Assembly: GCA_964057225.1 (NCBI GenBank)
Contig: OZ059897.1
Location: forward strand, 3,286,001 to 3,350,000
Source: Auanema rhodensis
Lineage: Eukaryota; Animalia; Nematoda
Direction: 5' to 3'
Length of the DNA stretch: 64,000 nt
Position numbers and translations under genes: made by a program. The notes below the pieces were generated by a model. That model was not told the DNA's origin. It did not search any database and saw nothing but the letters and a program-made list of their open reading frames with translations. Within the stretch, counting starts at the first letter, position 1. Every line of letters starts with the position of its first letter. Positions 25,101 through 41,100 of this stretch are shown here, piece after piece.

Positions 25101-28100
25101 AATCTAAAAACATCTACTTTTTGTGAAATTATTTAGAAATTTTTCGGGAAAATTTTTGTCAAAATGTTTTTGGAAGCAATGTTGAGTGTACATGGGAACT
25201 CAACATACACTAATGCATTATTTTTCAAACGATCATAACTTATTTTTGTATAGAGCGTTTCTCAATGTAGTATAGTGCATTCGATGCGGATTTTTAAGCT
25301 GCGTCGATCTGTGTTATCCGATTTGAGTTAGCTTAAAAATGCACCGAGATATCAACTGATATATGTTCACACTTATATCCTCGATTTTCACCCTGAAGAA
25401 ATGATTTTTTCGTTGAATAACATTGTCCATCGTCTTCGTCTTGAAAAAAGGAATCTAAAAACATCTACTTTTTGTGAAATTATTTAGAAATTTTTCGGGA
25501 AAATTTTTGTCAAAATGTTTTTGGAAGCAATGTTGAGTGTACATGGGAACTCAACATACACTAATGCATTATTTTTCAAACGATCATAACTAATTTTTGT
25601 ATAGAGCGTTTCTCAATGTAGTATAGTGCATTCGATGCGGATTTTTAAGCTGCGTTGATCTGTGTTATCAGATTTGAGTTAACTTAAAAATGCACCGAGA
25701 TATCAACTGATATAGGTTCACACTTATATCCTCGATTTTCACCCTGAAGAAGTAGTTTTTTCGTTGAAAAACATTGTCCATCGTCTTCGTCATGAAAAAA
25801 GGAATCTAAAAACATCTACTTTTTAAGAAATTATATAGAAATTTTTCGGGAAAATTTTTGTCAAAATGTTTTTGGAAGCAATGTTGAGTGTACATGGGAA
25901 CTCAACATACACTAATGCATTATTTTTCAAACGATCATAACTTATTTTTGTATAGAGCGTTTCTCAATGTAGTATAGTGCATTCGATGCGGATTTTTAAG
26001 CTGCGTCGATCTGTGTTATCAGATTTGAGTTAGCTTAAAAATGCACCGAGATATCAACTGATATATGTTCACACTTATATCCTCGATTTTCACCCTGAAG
26101 AAATAGTTTTTTCGTTGAAAAACATTGTCCATCGTCTTTGCCTTGAAAAAAGGAATCTAAAAACATCTACTTTTTGTGAAATTATTTAGAAATTTTTCGG
26201 GAAAATTTTTGTCAAAATGTTTTTGGAAGCAATGTTGAGTGTACATGGGAACTCAACATACACTAATGCATTATTTTTCAAACGATCATAACTTATTTTT
26301 GTATAGAGCGTTTCTCAATGTAGTATAGTGCATTCGATGCGGATTTTTAAGCTGCGTCGATCTGTGTTATCCGATTTGAGTTAGCTTAAAAATGCACCGA
26401 GATATCAACTGATATATGTTCACACTTATATCCTCGATTTTCACCCTGAAGAAATGATTTTTTCGTTGAATAACATTGTCCATCGTCTTCGTCTTGAAAA
26501 AAGGAATCTAAAAACATCTACTTTTTGTGAAATTATTTAGAAATTTTTCGGGAAAATTTTTGTCAAAATGTTTTTGGAAGCAATGTTGAGTGTACATGGG
26601 AACTCAACATACACTAATGCATTATTTTTCAAACGATCATAACTAATTTTTGTATAGAGCGTTTCTCAATGTAGTATAGTGCATTCGATGCGGATTTTTA
26701 AGCTGCGTTGATCTGTGTTATCAGATTTGAGTTAACTTAAAAATGCACCGAGATATCAACTGATATATGTTCACACTTATATCCTCGATTTTCACCCTGA
26801 AGAAATGATTTTTTCGTTGAATAACATTGTCCATCGTCTTCGTCTTGAAAAAAGGAATCTAAAAACATCTACTTTTTGTGAAATTATTTAGAAATTTTTC
26901 GGGAAAATTTTTGTCAAAATGTTTTTGGAAGCAATGTTGAGTGTACATGGGAACTCAACATACACTAATGCATTATTTTTCAAACGATCATAACTAATTT
27001 TTGTATAGAGCGTTTCTCAATGTAGTATAGTGCATTCGATGCGGATTTTTAAGCTGCGTTGATCTGTGTTATCAGATTTGAGTTAACTTAAAAATGCACC
27101 GAGATATCAACTGATATAGGTTCACACTTATATCCTCGATTTTCACCCTGAAGAAGTAGTTTTTTCGTTGAAAAACATTGTCCATCGTCTTCGTCATGAA
27201 AAAAGGAATCTAAAAACATCTACTTTTTAAGAAATTATATAGAAATTTTTCGGGAAAATTTTTGTCAAAATGTTTTTGGAAGCAATGTTGAGTGTACATG
27301 GGAACTCAACATACACTAATGCATTATTTTTCAAACGATCATAACTTATTTTTGTATAGAGCGTTTCTCAATGTAGTATAGTGCATTCGATGCGGATTTT
27401 TAAGCTGCGTCGATCTGTGTTATCAGATTTGAGTTAGCTTAAAAATGCACCGAGATATCAACTGATATATGTTCACACTTATATCCTCGATTTTCACCCT
27501 GAAGAAATAGTTTTTTCGTTGAAAAACATTGTCCATCGTCTTTGCCTTGAAAAAAGGAATCTAAAAACATCTACTTTTTGTGAAATTATTTAGAAATTTT
27601 TCGGGAAAATTTTTGTCAAAATGTTTTTGGAAGCAATGTTGAGTGTACATGGGAACTCAACATACACTAATGCATTATTTTTCAAACGATCATAACTTAT
27701 TTTTGTATAGAGCGTTTCTCAATGTAGTATAGTGCATTCGATGCGGATTTTTAAGCTGCGTCGATCTGTGTTATCCGATTTGAGTTAGCTTAAAAATGCA
27801 CCGAGATATCAACTGATATATGTTCACACTTATATCCTCGATTTTCACCCTGAAGAAATGATTTTTTCGTTGAATAACATTGTCCATCGTCTTCGTCTTG
27901 AAAAAAGGAATCTAAAAACATCTACTTTTTGTGAAATTATTTAGAAATTTTTCGGGAAAATTTTTGTCAAAATGTTTTTGGAAGCAATGTTGAGTGTACA
28001 TGGGAACTCAACATACACTAATGCATTATTTTTCAAACGATCATAACTAATTTTTGTATAGAGCGTTTCTCAATGTAGTATAGTGCATTCGATGCGGATT

Positions 28101-29132
28101 TTTAAGCTGCGTTGATCTGTGTTATCAGATTTGAGTTAACTTAAAAATGCACCGAGATATCAACTGATATAGGTTCACACTTATATCCTCGATTTTCACC
28201 CTGAAGAAGTAGTTTTTTCGTTGAAAAACATTGTCCATCGTCTTCGTCATGAAAAAAGGAATCTAAAAACATCTACTTTTTAAGAAATTATATAGAAATT
28301 TTTCGGGAAAATTTTTGTCAAAATGTTTTTGGAAGCAATGTTGAGTGTACATGGGAACTCAACATACACTAATGCATTATTTTTCAAACGATCATAACTT
28401 ATTTTTGTATAGAGCGTTTCTCAATGTAGTATAGTGCATTCGATGCGGATTTTTAAGCTGCGTCGATCTGTGTTATCAGATTTGAGTTAGCTTAAAAATG
28501 CACCGAGATATCAACTGATATATGTTCACACTTATATCCTCGATTTTCACCCTGAAGAAATAGTTTTTTCGTTGAAAAACATTGTCCATCGTCTTTGCCT
28601 TGAAAAAAGGAATCTAAAAACATCTACTTTTTGTGAAATTATTTAGAAATTTTTCGGGAAAATTTTTGTCAAAATGTTTTTGGAAGCAATGTTGAGTGTA
28701 CATGGGAACTCAACATACACTAATGCATTATTTTTCAAACGATCATAACTTATTTTTGTATAGAGCGTTTCTCAATGTAGTATAGTGCATTCGATGCGGA
28801 TTTTTAAGCTGCGTCGATCTGTGTTATCCGATTTGAGTTAGCTTAAAAATGCACCGAGATATCAACTGATATATGTTCACACTTATATCCTCGATTTTCA
28901 CCCTGAAGAAATGATTTTTTTGTTGAATAACATTGTCCATCGTCTTCGTCTTGAAAAAAGGAATCTAAAAACATCTACTTTTTGTGAAATTATTTAGAAA
29001 TTTTTCGGGAAAATTTTTGTCAAAATGTTTTTGGAAGCAATGTTGAGTGTACATGGGAACTCAACATACACTAATGCATTATTTTTCAAACGATCATAAC
29101 TAATTTTTGTATAGAGCGTTTCTCAATGTAGT

Positions 29133-32100
29133 ATAGTGCATTCGATGCGGATTTTTAAGCTGCGTTGATCTGTGTTATCAGATTTGAGTTAACTTAAAAA
29201 TGCACCGAGATATCAACTGATATAGGTTCACACTTATATCCTCGATTTTCACCCTGAAGAAGTAGTTTTTTCGTTGAAAAACATTGTCCATCGTCTTCGT
29301 CATGAAAAAAGGAATCTAAAAACATCTACTTTTTAAGAAATTATATAGAAATTTTTCGGGAAAATTTTTGTCAAAATGTTTTTGGAAGCAATGTTGAGTG
29401 TACATGGGAACTCAACATACACTAATGCATTATTTTTCAAACGATCATAACTTATTTTTGTATAGAGCGTTTCTCAATGTAGTATAGTGCATTCGATGCG
29501 GATTTTTAAGCTGCGTCGATCTGTGTTATCAGATTTGAGTTAGCTTAAAAATGCACCGAGATATCAACTGATATATGTTCACACTTATATCCTCGATTTT
29601 CACCCTGAAGAAATGATTTTTTCGTTGAATAACATTGTCCATCGTCTTCGTCTTAAAAAAAGGAATCTAAAAACATCTACTTTTTGTGAAATTATTTAGA
29701 AATTTTTCGGGAAAATTTTTGTCAAAATGTTTTTGGAAGCAATGTTGAGTGTACATGGGAACTCAACATACACTAATGCATTATTTTTCAAACGATCATA
29801 ACTAATTTTTGTAAATAGCGTTTCTCAAGGTAGTATAGTGCATTCGATGCGGATTTTTAAGCTGCGTCGATCTGTGTTATCAGATTTGAGTTAGCTTAAA
29901 AATGCACCGAGATATCAACTGATATATGTTCACACTTATATCCTCGATTTTCACCCTGAAGAAATAGTTTTTTCGTTGAAAAACATTGTCCATCGTCTTT
30001 GCCTTGAAAAAAGGAATCTAAAAACATCTACTTTTTGTGAAATTATTTAGAAATTTTTCGGGAAAATTTTTGTCAAAATGTTTTTGGAAGCAATGTTGAG
30101 TGTACATGGGAACTCAACATACACTAATGCATTATTTTTCAAACGATCATAACTTATTTTTGTATAGAGCGTTTCTCAATGTAGTATAGTGCATTCGATG
30201 CGGATTTTTAAGCTGCGTCGATCTGTGTTATCAGATTTGAGTTAGCTTAAAAATGCACCGAGATATCAACTGATATATGTTCACACTTATATCCTCGACT
30301 TTCACCCTGAAGAAATGATTTTTTCGTTGAATAACATTGTCCATCGTCTTCGTCTTGAAAAAAGGAATCTAAAAACATCTACTTTTTGTGAAATTATTTA
30401 GAAATTTTTCGGGAAAATTTTTGTCAAAATGTTTTTGGAAGCAATGTTGAGTGTACATGGGAACTCAACATACACTAATGCATTATTTTTCAAACGATCA
30501 TAACTTATTTTTGTATAGAGCGTTTCTCAATGTAGTATAGTGCATTCGATGCGGATTTTTAAGCTGCGTCGATCTGTGTTATCAGATTTGAGTTAGCTTA
30601 AAAATGCACCGAGATATCAACTGATATATGTTCACACTTATATCCTCGATTTTCACCCTGAAGAAATGATTTTTTCGTTGAATAACATTGTCCATCGTCT
30701 TCGTCTTGATAAAAGGAATCTAAAAACATCTACTTTTTGTGAAATTATTTAGAAATTTTTCGGGAAAATTTTTGTCAAAATGTTTTTGGAAGCAATGTTG
30801 AGTGTACATGGGAACTCAACATACACTAATGCATTATTTTTCAAACGATCATAACTTATTTTTGTATAGAGCGTTTCTCAATGTAGTATAGTGCATTCGA
30901 TGCGGATTTTTAAGCTGCGTCGATCTGTGTTATCCGATTTGAGTTAGCTTAAAAATGCACCGAGATATCAACTGATATATGTTCACACTTATATCCTCGA
31001 TTTTCACCCTGAAGAAATGATTTTTTCGTTGAATAACATTGTCCATCGTCTTCGTCTTGAAAAAAGGAATCTAAAAACATCTACTTTTTGTGAAATTATT
31101 TAGAAATTTTTCGGGAAAATTTTTGTCAAAATGTTTTTGGAAGCAATGTTGAGTGTACATGGGAACTCAACATACACTAATGCATTATTTTTCAAACGAT
31201 CATAACTAATTTTTGTATAGAGCGTTTCTCAATGTAGTATAGTGCATTCGATGCGGATTTTTAAGCTGCGTTGATCTGTGTTATCAGATTTGAGTTAACT
31301 TAAAAATGCACCGAGATATCAACTGATATAGGTTCACACTTATATCCTCGATTTTCACCCTGAAGAAGTAGTTTTTTCGTTGAAAAACATTGTCCATCGT
31401 CTTCGTCATGAAAAAAGGAATCTAAAAACATCTACTTTTTAAGAAATTATATAGAAATTTTTCGGGAAAATTTTTGTCAAAATGTTTTTGGAAGCAATGT
31501 TGAGTGTACATGGGAACTCAACATACACTAATGCATTATTTTTCAAACGATCATAACTTATTTTTGTATAGAGCGTTTCTCAATGTAGTATAGTGCTTTC
31601 GATGCGGATTTTTAAGCTGCGTCGATCTGTGTTATCAGATTTGAGTTAGCTTAAAAATGCACCGAGATATCAACTGATATATGTTCACACTTATATCCTC
31701 GATTTTCACCCTGAAGAAATGATTTTTTCGTTGAATAACATTGTCCATCGTCTTCGCCTTGAAAAAAGGAATCTAAAAACATCTACTTTTTGTGAAATTA
31801 TTTAGAAATTTTTCGGGAAAATTTTTGTCAAAATGTTTTTGGAAGCAATGTTGAGTGTACATGGGAACTCAACATACACTAATGCATTATTTTTCAAACG
31901 ATCATAACTAATTTTTGTAAATAGCGTTTCTCAAGGTAGTATAGTGCATTCGATGCGGATTTTTAAGCTGCGTCGATCTGTGTTATCAGATTTGAGTTAG
32001 CTTAAAAATGCACCGAGATATCAACTGATATATGTTCACACTTATATCCTCGATTTTCAAACTGAAGAATTGATTTTTTTGTTGAATAACATTGTCCATC

Positions 32101-35100
32101 GTCTTTGTCATGAAAAAAGGAATCTAAAAACATCTACTTTTTAAGAAATTATATAGAAATTTTTCGGGAAAATTTTTGTCAAAATGTTTTTGGAAGCAAT
32201 GTTGAGTGTACATGGGAACTCAACATACACTAATGCATTATTTTTCAAACGATCATAACTTATTTTTGTATAGAGCGTTTCTCAATGTAGTATAGTGCTT
32301 TCGATGCGGATTTTTAAGCTGCGTCGATCTGTGTTATCAGATTTGAGTTAGCTTAAAAATGCACCGAGATATCAACTGATATATGTTCACACTTATATCC
32401 TCGATTTTCACCCTGAAGAAATGATTTTTTCGTTGAATAACATTGTCCATCGTCTTCGTCTTGAAAAAAGGAATCTAAAAACATCTACTTTTTGTGAAAT
32501 TATTTAGAAATTTTTCGGGAAAATTTTTGTCAAAATGTTTTTGGAAGCAATGTTGAGTGTACATGGGAACTCAACATACACTAATGCATTATTTTTCAAA
32601 CGATCATAACTAATTTTTGTAAATAGCGTTTCTCAAGGTAGTATAGTGCATTCGATGCGGATTTTTAAGCTGCGTCGATCTGTGTTATCAGATTTGAGTT
32701 AGCTTAAAAATGCACCGAGATATCAACTGATATATGTTCACACTTATATCCTCGATTTTCAAACTGAAGAATTGATTTTTTTGTTGAATAACATTGTTCA
32801 TCGTCTTCGTCTTGAAAAAAGGAATCTAAAAACATCTACTTTTTGTGAAATTATCTAGAAATTTTTCGGGAAAATTTTTGTCAAAATGTTTTTGGAAGCA
32901 ATGTTGAGTGTACATGGGAACTCAACATACACTAATGCATTATTTTTCAAACGATCATAACTATTTTCTGTAAATAGCGTTTCTCAATGTAGTATAGTGC
33001 ATTCGATGCGGATTTTTAAGCTGCGTTGATCTGTGTTATCAGATTTGAGTTAACTTAAAAATGCACCGAGATATCAACTGATATATGTTCACACTTATAT
33101 CCTCGATTTTCAAACTGAAGAATTGATTTTTTTGTTGAATAACATTGTCCATCGTCTTCGTCTTGAAAAAAGGAATCTAAAAACATCTACTTTTTAAGAA
33201 ATTATATAGAAATTTTTCGGGAAAATTTTTGTCAAAATGTTTTTGGAAGCAATGTTGAGTGTACATGGGAACTCAACATACACTAATGCATTATTTTTCA
33301 AACGATCATAACTTATTTTTGTATAGAGCGTTTCTCAATGTAGTATAGTGCTTTCGATGCGGATTTTTAAGCTGCGTCGATCTGTGTTATCAGATTTGAG
33401 TTAGCTTAAAAATGCACCGAGATATCAACTGATATATGTTCACACTTATATCCTCGATTTTCACCCTGAAGAAATGATTTTTTCGTTGAATAACATTGTC
33501 CATCGTCTTCGTCTTGAAAAAAGGAATCTAAAAACATCTACTTTTTGTGAAATTATTTAGAAATTTTTCGGGAAAATTTTTGTCAAAATGTTTTTGGAAG
33601 CAATGTTGAGTGTACATGGGAACTCAACATACACTAATGCATTATTTTTCAAACGATCATAACTAATTTTTGTAAATAGCGTTTCTCAAGGTAGTATAGT
33701 GCATTCGATGCGGATTTTTAAGCTGCGTCGATCTGTGTTATCAGATTTGAGTTAGCTTAAAAATGCACCGAGATATCAACTGATATATGTTCACACTTAT
33801 ATCCTCGATTTTCAAACTGAAGAATTGATTTTTTTGTTGAATAACATTGTTCATCGTCTTCGTCTTGAAAAAAGAAATCTAAAAACATCTACTTTTTGTG
33901 AAATTATCTAGAAATTTTTCGGGAAAATTTTTGTCAAAATGTTTTTGGAAGCAATGTTGAGTGTACATGGGAACTCAACATACACTAATGCATTATTTTT
34001 CAAACGATCATAACTATTTTCTGTAAATAGCGTTTCTCAATGTAGTATAGTGCATTCGATGCGGATTTTTAAGCTGCGTTGATCTGTGTTATCAGATTTG
34101 AGTTAACTTAAAAATGCACCGAGATATCAACTGATATATGTTCACACTTATATCCTCGATTTTCAAACTGAAGAATTGATTTTTTTGTTGAATAACATTG
34201 TCCATCGTCTTCGTCTTGAAAAAAGGAATCTAAAAACATCTACTTTTTGTGAAATTATCTAGAAATTTTTCGGGAAAATTTTTGTCAAAATGTTTTTGGA
34301 AGCAATGTTGAGTGTACATGGGAACTCAACATACACTAATGCATTATTTTTCAAACGATCATAACTATTTTCTGTAAATAGCGTTTCTCAATGTAGTAAA
34401 GTGCATTCGATGCGGATTTTTAAGCTGCGTTGATCTGTGTTATCAGATTTGAGTTAACTTAAAAATGCACCGAGATATCAACTGATATATGTTCACACTT
34501 ATATCCTCGATTTTCACCCTGAAGAAATGATTTTTTCGTTGAATAACATTGTCCATCATCTTTGTCTTGAAAAAAGGAATCTAAAAACATCTACTTTTTG
34601 TGAAATTATTTAGAAATTTTTCGGGAAAATTTTTGTCAAAATGTTTTTGGAAGCAATGTTGAGTGTACATGGGAACTCAACATACACTAATGCATTATTT
34701 TTCAAACGATCATAACTAATTTTTGTATAAAGCGTTTCTTAATGTAGTATAGTGCATTCGATGCGGATTTTTAAGCTGCGTCGATCTGTGTTATCAGATT
34801 TGAGTTAGCTTAAAAATGCACCGAGATATCAACTGATATATGTTCACACTTATATCCTCGATTTTCACCCTGAAGAAATGATTTTTTCGTTGAATAACAT
34901 TGTCCATCGTCTTCGTCTTGAAAAAAGGAATCTAAAAACATCTACTTTTTGTGAAATTATTTAGAAATTTTTCGGGAAAATTTTTGTCAAAATGTTTTTG
35001 GAAGCAATGTTGAGTGTACATGGGAACTCAACATACACTAATGCATTATTTTTCAAACGATCATAACTAATTTCTGTAAATAGCGTTTCTCAATGAAGTA

Positions 35101-38100
35101 TAGTGCATTCGATGCGGATTTTTAAGCTGCGTCGATCTGTGTTATCCGATTTGAGTTAGCTTAAAAATGCACCGAGATATCAACTGATATATGTTCACAC
35201 TTATATCCTCGATTTTCACCCTGAAGAAATGATTTTTTCGTTGAATAACATTATCCATCGTCTTCGTCTTGAAAAAAGGAATCTAAAAACATCTACTTTT
35301 TGTGAAATTATTTAGAAATTTTTCGGGAAAATTTTTGTCAAAATGTTTTTGGAAGCAATGTTGAGTGTACATGGGAACTCAACATACACTAATGCATTAT
35401 TTTTCAAACGATCATAACTAATTTCTGTAAATAGCGTTTCTCAATGAAGTATAGTGCATTCGATGCGGATTTTTAAGCTGCGTCGATCTGTGTTATCCGA
35501 TTTGAGTTAGCTTAAAAATGCACCGAGATATCAACTGATATATGTTCACACTTATATCCTCGATTTTCACCCTGAAGAAATGATTTTTTCGTTGAATAAC
35601 ATTATCCATCGTCTTTGTCTTGAAAAAAGGAATCTAAAAACATCTACTTTTTGTGAAATTATTTAGAAATTTTTCGGGAAAATTTTTGTCAAAATGTTTT
35701 TGGAAGCAATGTTGAGTGTACATGGGAACTCAACATACACTAATGCATTATTTTTCAAACGATCATAACTAATTTTTGTATAGAGCGTTTCTCAATGTAG
35801 TATAGTGCATTCGATGCGGATTTTTAAGCTGCGTTGATCTGTGTTATCAGATTTGAGTTAACTTAAAAATGCACCGAGATATCAACTGATATAGGTTCAC
35901 ACTTATATCCTCGATTTTCACCCTGAAGAAGTAGTTTTTTCGTTGAAAAACATTGTCCATCGTCTTCGTCATGAAAAAAGGAATCTAAAAACATCTACTT
36001 TTTAAGAAATTATATAGAAATTTTTCGGGAAAATTTTTGTCAAAATGTTTTTGGAAGCAATGTTGAGTGTACATGGGAACTCAACATACACTAATGCATT
36101 ATTTTTCAAACGATCATAACTATTTTCTGTAAATAGCGTTTCTCAATGTAGTATAGTGCATTCGATGCGGATTTTTAAGCTGCGTTGATCTGTGTTATCA
36201 GATTTGAGTTAACTTAAAAATGCACCGAGATATCAACTGATATATGTTCACACTTATATCCTCGATTTTCAAACTGAAGAATTGATTTTTTTGTTGAATA
36301 ACATTGTCCATCGTCTTCGTCTTAAAAAAAGGAATCTAAAAACATCTACTTTTTGTGAAATTATTTAGAAATTTTTCGGGAAAATTTTTGTCAAAATGTT
36401 TTTGGAAGCAATGTTGAGTGTACATGGGAACTCAACATACACTAATGCATTATTTTTCAAACGATCATAACTAATTTTTGTATAGAGCGTTTCTCAATGT
36501 AGTATAGTGCATTCGATGCGGATTTTTAAGCTGCGTTGATCTGTGTTATCAGATTTGAGTTAACTTAAAAATGCACCGAGATATCAACTGATATAGGTTC
36601 ACACTTATATCCTCGATTTTCACCCTGAAGAAGTAGTTTTTTCGTTGAAAAACATTGTCCATCGTCTTCGTCATGAAAAAAGGAATCTAAAAACATCTAC
36701 TTTTTAAGAAATTATATAGAAATTTTTCGGGAAAATTTTTGTCAAAATGTTTTTGGAAGCAATGTTGAGTGTACATGGGAACTCAACATACACTAATGCA
36801 TTATTTTTCAAACGATCATAACTTATTTTTGTATAGAGCGTTTCTCAATGTAGTATAGTGCATTCGATGCGGATTTTTAAGCTGCGTCGATCTGTGTTAT
36901 CAGATTTGAGTTAGCTTAAAAATGCACCGAGATATCAACTGATATATGTTCACACTTATATCCTCGATTTTCACCCTGAAGAAATGATTTTTTCGTTGAA
37001 TAACATTGTCCATCGTCTTCGTCTTAAAAAAAGGAATCTAAAAACATCTACTTTTTGTGAAATTATTTAGAAATTTTTCGGGAAAATTTTTGTCAAAATG
37101 TTTTTGGAAGCAATGTTGAGTGTACATGGGAACTCAACATACACTAATGCATTATTTTTCAAACGATCATAACTAATTTTTGTAAATAGCGTTTCTCAAG
37201 GTAGTATAGTGCATTCGATGCGGATTTTTAAGCTGCGTCGATCTGTGTTATCAGATTTGAGTTAGCTTAAAAATGCACCGAGATATCAACTGATATATGT
37301 TCACACTTATATCCTCGATTTTCACCCTGAAGAAATAGTTTTTTCGTTGAAAAACATTGTTCATCGTCTTTGCCTTGAAAAAAGGAATCTAAAAACATCT
37401 ACTTTTTGTGAAATTATTTAGAAATTTTTCGGGAAAATTTTTGTCAAAATGTTTTTGGAAGCAATGTTGAGTGTACATGGGAACTCAACATACACTAATG
37501 CATTATTTTTCAAACGATCATAACTTATTTTTGTATAGAGCGTTTCTCAATGTAGTATAGTGCATTCGATGCGGATTTTTAAGCTGCGTCGATCTGTGTT
37601 ATCAGATTTGAGTTAGCTTAAAAATGCACCGAGATATCAACTGATATATGTTCACACTTATATCCTCGACTTTCACCCTGAAGAAATGATTTTTTCGTTG
37701 AATAACATTGTCCATCGTCTTCGTCTTGAAAAAAGGAATCTAAAAACATCTACTTTTTGTGAAATTATTTAGAAATTTTTCGGGAAAATTTTTGTCAAAA
37801 TGTTTTTGGAAGCAATGTTGAGTGTACATGGGAACTCAACATACACTAATGCATTATTTTTCAAACGATCATAACTTATTTTTGTATAGAGCGTTTCTCA
37901 ATGTAGTATAGTGCATTCGATGCGGATTTTTAAGCTGCGTCGATCTGTGTTATCAGATTTGAGTTAGCTTAAAAATGCACCGAGATATCAACTGATATAT
38001 GTTCACACTTATATCCTCGATTTTCACCCTGAAGAAATGATTTTTTCGTTGAATAACATTGTCCATCGTCTTCGTCTTGATAAAAGGAATCTAAAAACAT

Positions 38101-41100
38101 CTACTTTTTGTGAAATTATTTAGAAATTTTTCGGGAAAATTTTTGTCAAAATGTTTTTGGAAGCAATGTTGAGTGTACATGGGAACTCAACATACACTAA
38201 TGCATTATTTTTCAAACGATCATAACTTATTTTTGTATAGAGCGTTTCTCAATGTAGTATAGTGCATTCGATGCGGATTTTTAAGCTGCGTCGATCTGTG
38301 TTATCCGATTTGAGTTAGCTTAAAAATGCACCGAGATATCAACTGATATATGTTCACACTTATATCCTCGATTTTCACCCTGAAGAAATGATTTTTTCGT
38401 TGAATAACATTGTCCATCGTCTTCGTCTTGAAAAAAGGAATCTAAAAACATCTACTTTTTGTGAAATTATTTAGAAATTTTTCGGGAAAATTTTTGTCAA
38501 AATGTTTTTGGAAGCAATGTTGAGTGTACATGGGAACTCAACATACACTAATGCATTATTTTTCAAACGATCATAACTAATTTTTGTATAGAGCGTTTCT
38601 CAATGTAGTATAGTGCATTCGATGCGGATTTTTAAGCTGCGTTGATCTGTGTTATCAGATTTGAGTTAACTTAAAAATGCACCGAGATATCAACTGATAT
38701 AGGTTCACACTTATATCCTCGATTTTCACCCTGAAGAAGTAGTTTTTTCGTTGAAAAACATTGTCCATCGTCTTCGTCATGAAAAAAGGAATCTAAAAAC
38801 ATCTACTTTTTAAGAAATTATATAGAAATTTTTCGGGAAAATTTTTGTCAAAATGTTTTTGGAAGCAATGTTGAGTGTACATGGGAACTCAACATACACT
38901 AATGCATTATTTTTCAAACGATCATAACTTATTTTTGTATAGAGCGTTTCTCAATGTAGTATAGTGCTTTCGATGCGGATTTTTAAGCTGCGTCGATCTG
39001 TGTTATCAGATTTGAGTTAGCTTAAAAATGCACCGAGATATCAACTGATATATGTTCACACTTATATCCTCGATTTTCACCCTGAAGAAATGATTTTTTC
39101 GTTGAATAACATTGTCCATCGTCTTCGCCTTGAAAAAAGGAATCTAAAAACATCTACTTTTTGTGAAATTATTTAGAAATTTTTCGGGAAAATTTTTGTC
39201 AAAATGTTTTTGGAAGCAATGTTGAGTGTACATGGGAACTCAACATACACTAATGCATTATTTTTCAAACGATCATAACTAATTTTTGTAAATAGCGTTT
39301 CTCAAGGTAGTATAGTGCATTCGATGCGGATTTTTAAGCTGCGTCGATCTGTGTTATCAGATTTGAGTTAGCTTAAAAATGCACCGAGATATCAACTGAT
39401 ATATGTTCACACTTATATCCTCGATTTTCAAACTGAAGAATTGATTTTTTTGTTGAATAACATTGTCCATCGTCTTTGTCATGAAAAAAGGAATCTAAAA
39501 ACATCTACTTTTTAAGAAATTATATAGAAATTTTTCGGGAAAATTTTTGTCAAAATGTTTTTGGAAGCAATGTTGAGTGTACATGGGAACTCAACATACA
39601 CTAATGCATTATTTTTCAAACGATCATAACTTATTTTTGTATAGAGCGTTTCTCAATGTAGTATAGTGCTTTCGATGCGGATTTTTAAGCTGCGTCGATC
39701 TGTGTTATCAGATTTGAGTTAGCTTAAAAATGCACCGAGATATCAACTGATATATGTTCACACTTATATCCTCGATTTTCACCCTGAAGAAATGATTTTT
39801 TCGTTGAATAACATTGTCCATCGTCTTCGTCTTGAAAAAAGGAATCTAAAAACATCTACTTTTTGTGAAATTATTTAGAAATTTTTCGGGAAAATTTTTG
39901 TCAAAATGTTTTTGGAAGCAATGTTGAGTGTACATGGGAACTCAACATACACTAATGCATTATTTTTCAAACGATCATAACTAATTTTTGTAAATAGCGT
40001 TTCTCAAGGTAGTATAGTGCATTCGATGCGGATTTTTAAGCTGCGTCGATCTGTGTTATCAGATTTGAGTTAGCTTAAAAATGCACCGAGATATCAACTG
40101 ATATATGTTCACACTTATATCCTCGATTTTCAAACTGAAGAATTGATTTTTTTGTTGAATAACATTGTTCATCGTCTTCGTCTTGAAAAAAGGAATCTAA
40201 AAACATCTACTTTTTGTGAAATTATCTAGAAATTTTTCGGGAAAATTTTTGTCAAAATGTTTTTGGAAGCAATGTTGAGTGTACATGGGAACTCAACATA
40301 CACTAATGCATTATTTTTCAAACGATCATAACTATTTTCTGTAAATAGCGTTTCTCAATGTAGTATAGTGCATTCGATGCGGATTTTTAAGCTGCGTTGA
40401 TCTGTGTTATCAGATTTGAGTTAACTTAAAAATGCACCGAGATATCAACTGATATATGTTCACACTTATATCCTCGATTTTCAAACTGAAGAATTGATTT
40501 TTTTGTTGAATAACATTGTCCATCGTCTTCGTCTTGAAAAAAGGAATCTAAAAACATCTACTTTTTGTGAAATTATCTAGAAATTTTTCGGGAAAATTTT
40601 TGTCAAAATGTTTTTGGAAGCAATGTTGAGTGTACATGGGAACTCAACATACACTAATGCATTATTTTTCAAACGATCATAACTATTTTCTGTAAATAGC
40701 GTTTCTCAATGTAGTAAAGTGCATTCGATGCGGATTTTTAAGCTGCGTTGATCTGTGTTATCAGATTTGAGTTAACTTAAAAATGCACCGAGATATCAAC
40801 TGATATATGTTCACACTTATATCCTCGATTTTCACCCTGAAGAAATGATTTTTTCGTTGAATAACATTGTCCATCATCTTCGTCTTGAAAAAAGGAATCT
40901 AAAAACATCTACTTTTTGTGAAATTATTTAGAAATTTTTCGGGAAAATTTTTGTCAAAATGTTTTTGGAAGCAATGTTGAGTGTACATGGGAACTCAACA
41001 TACACTAATGCATTATTTTTCAAACGATCATAACTAATTTTTGTATAAAGCGTTTCTTAATGTAGTATAGTGCATTCGATGCGGATTTTTAAGCTGCGTC

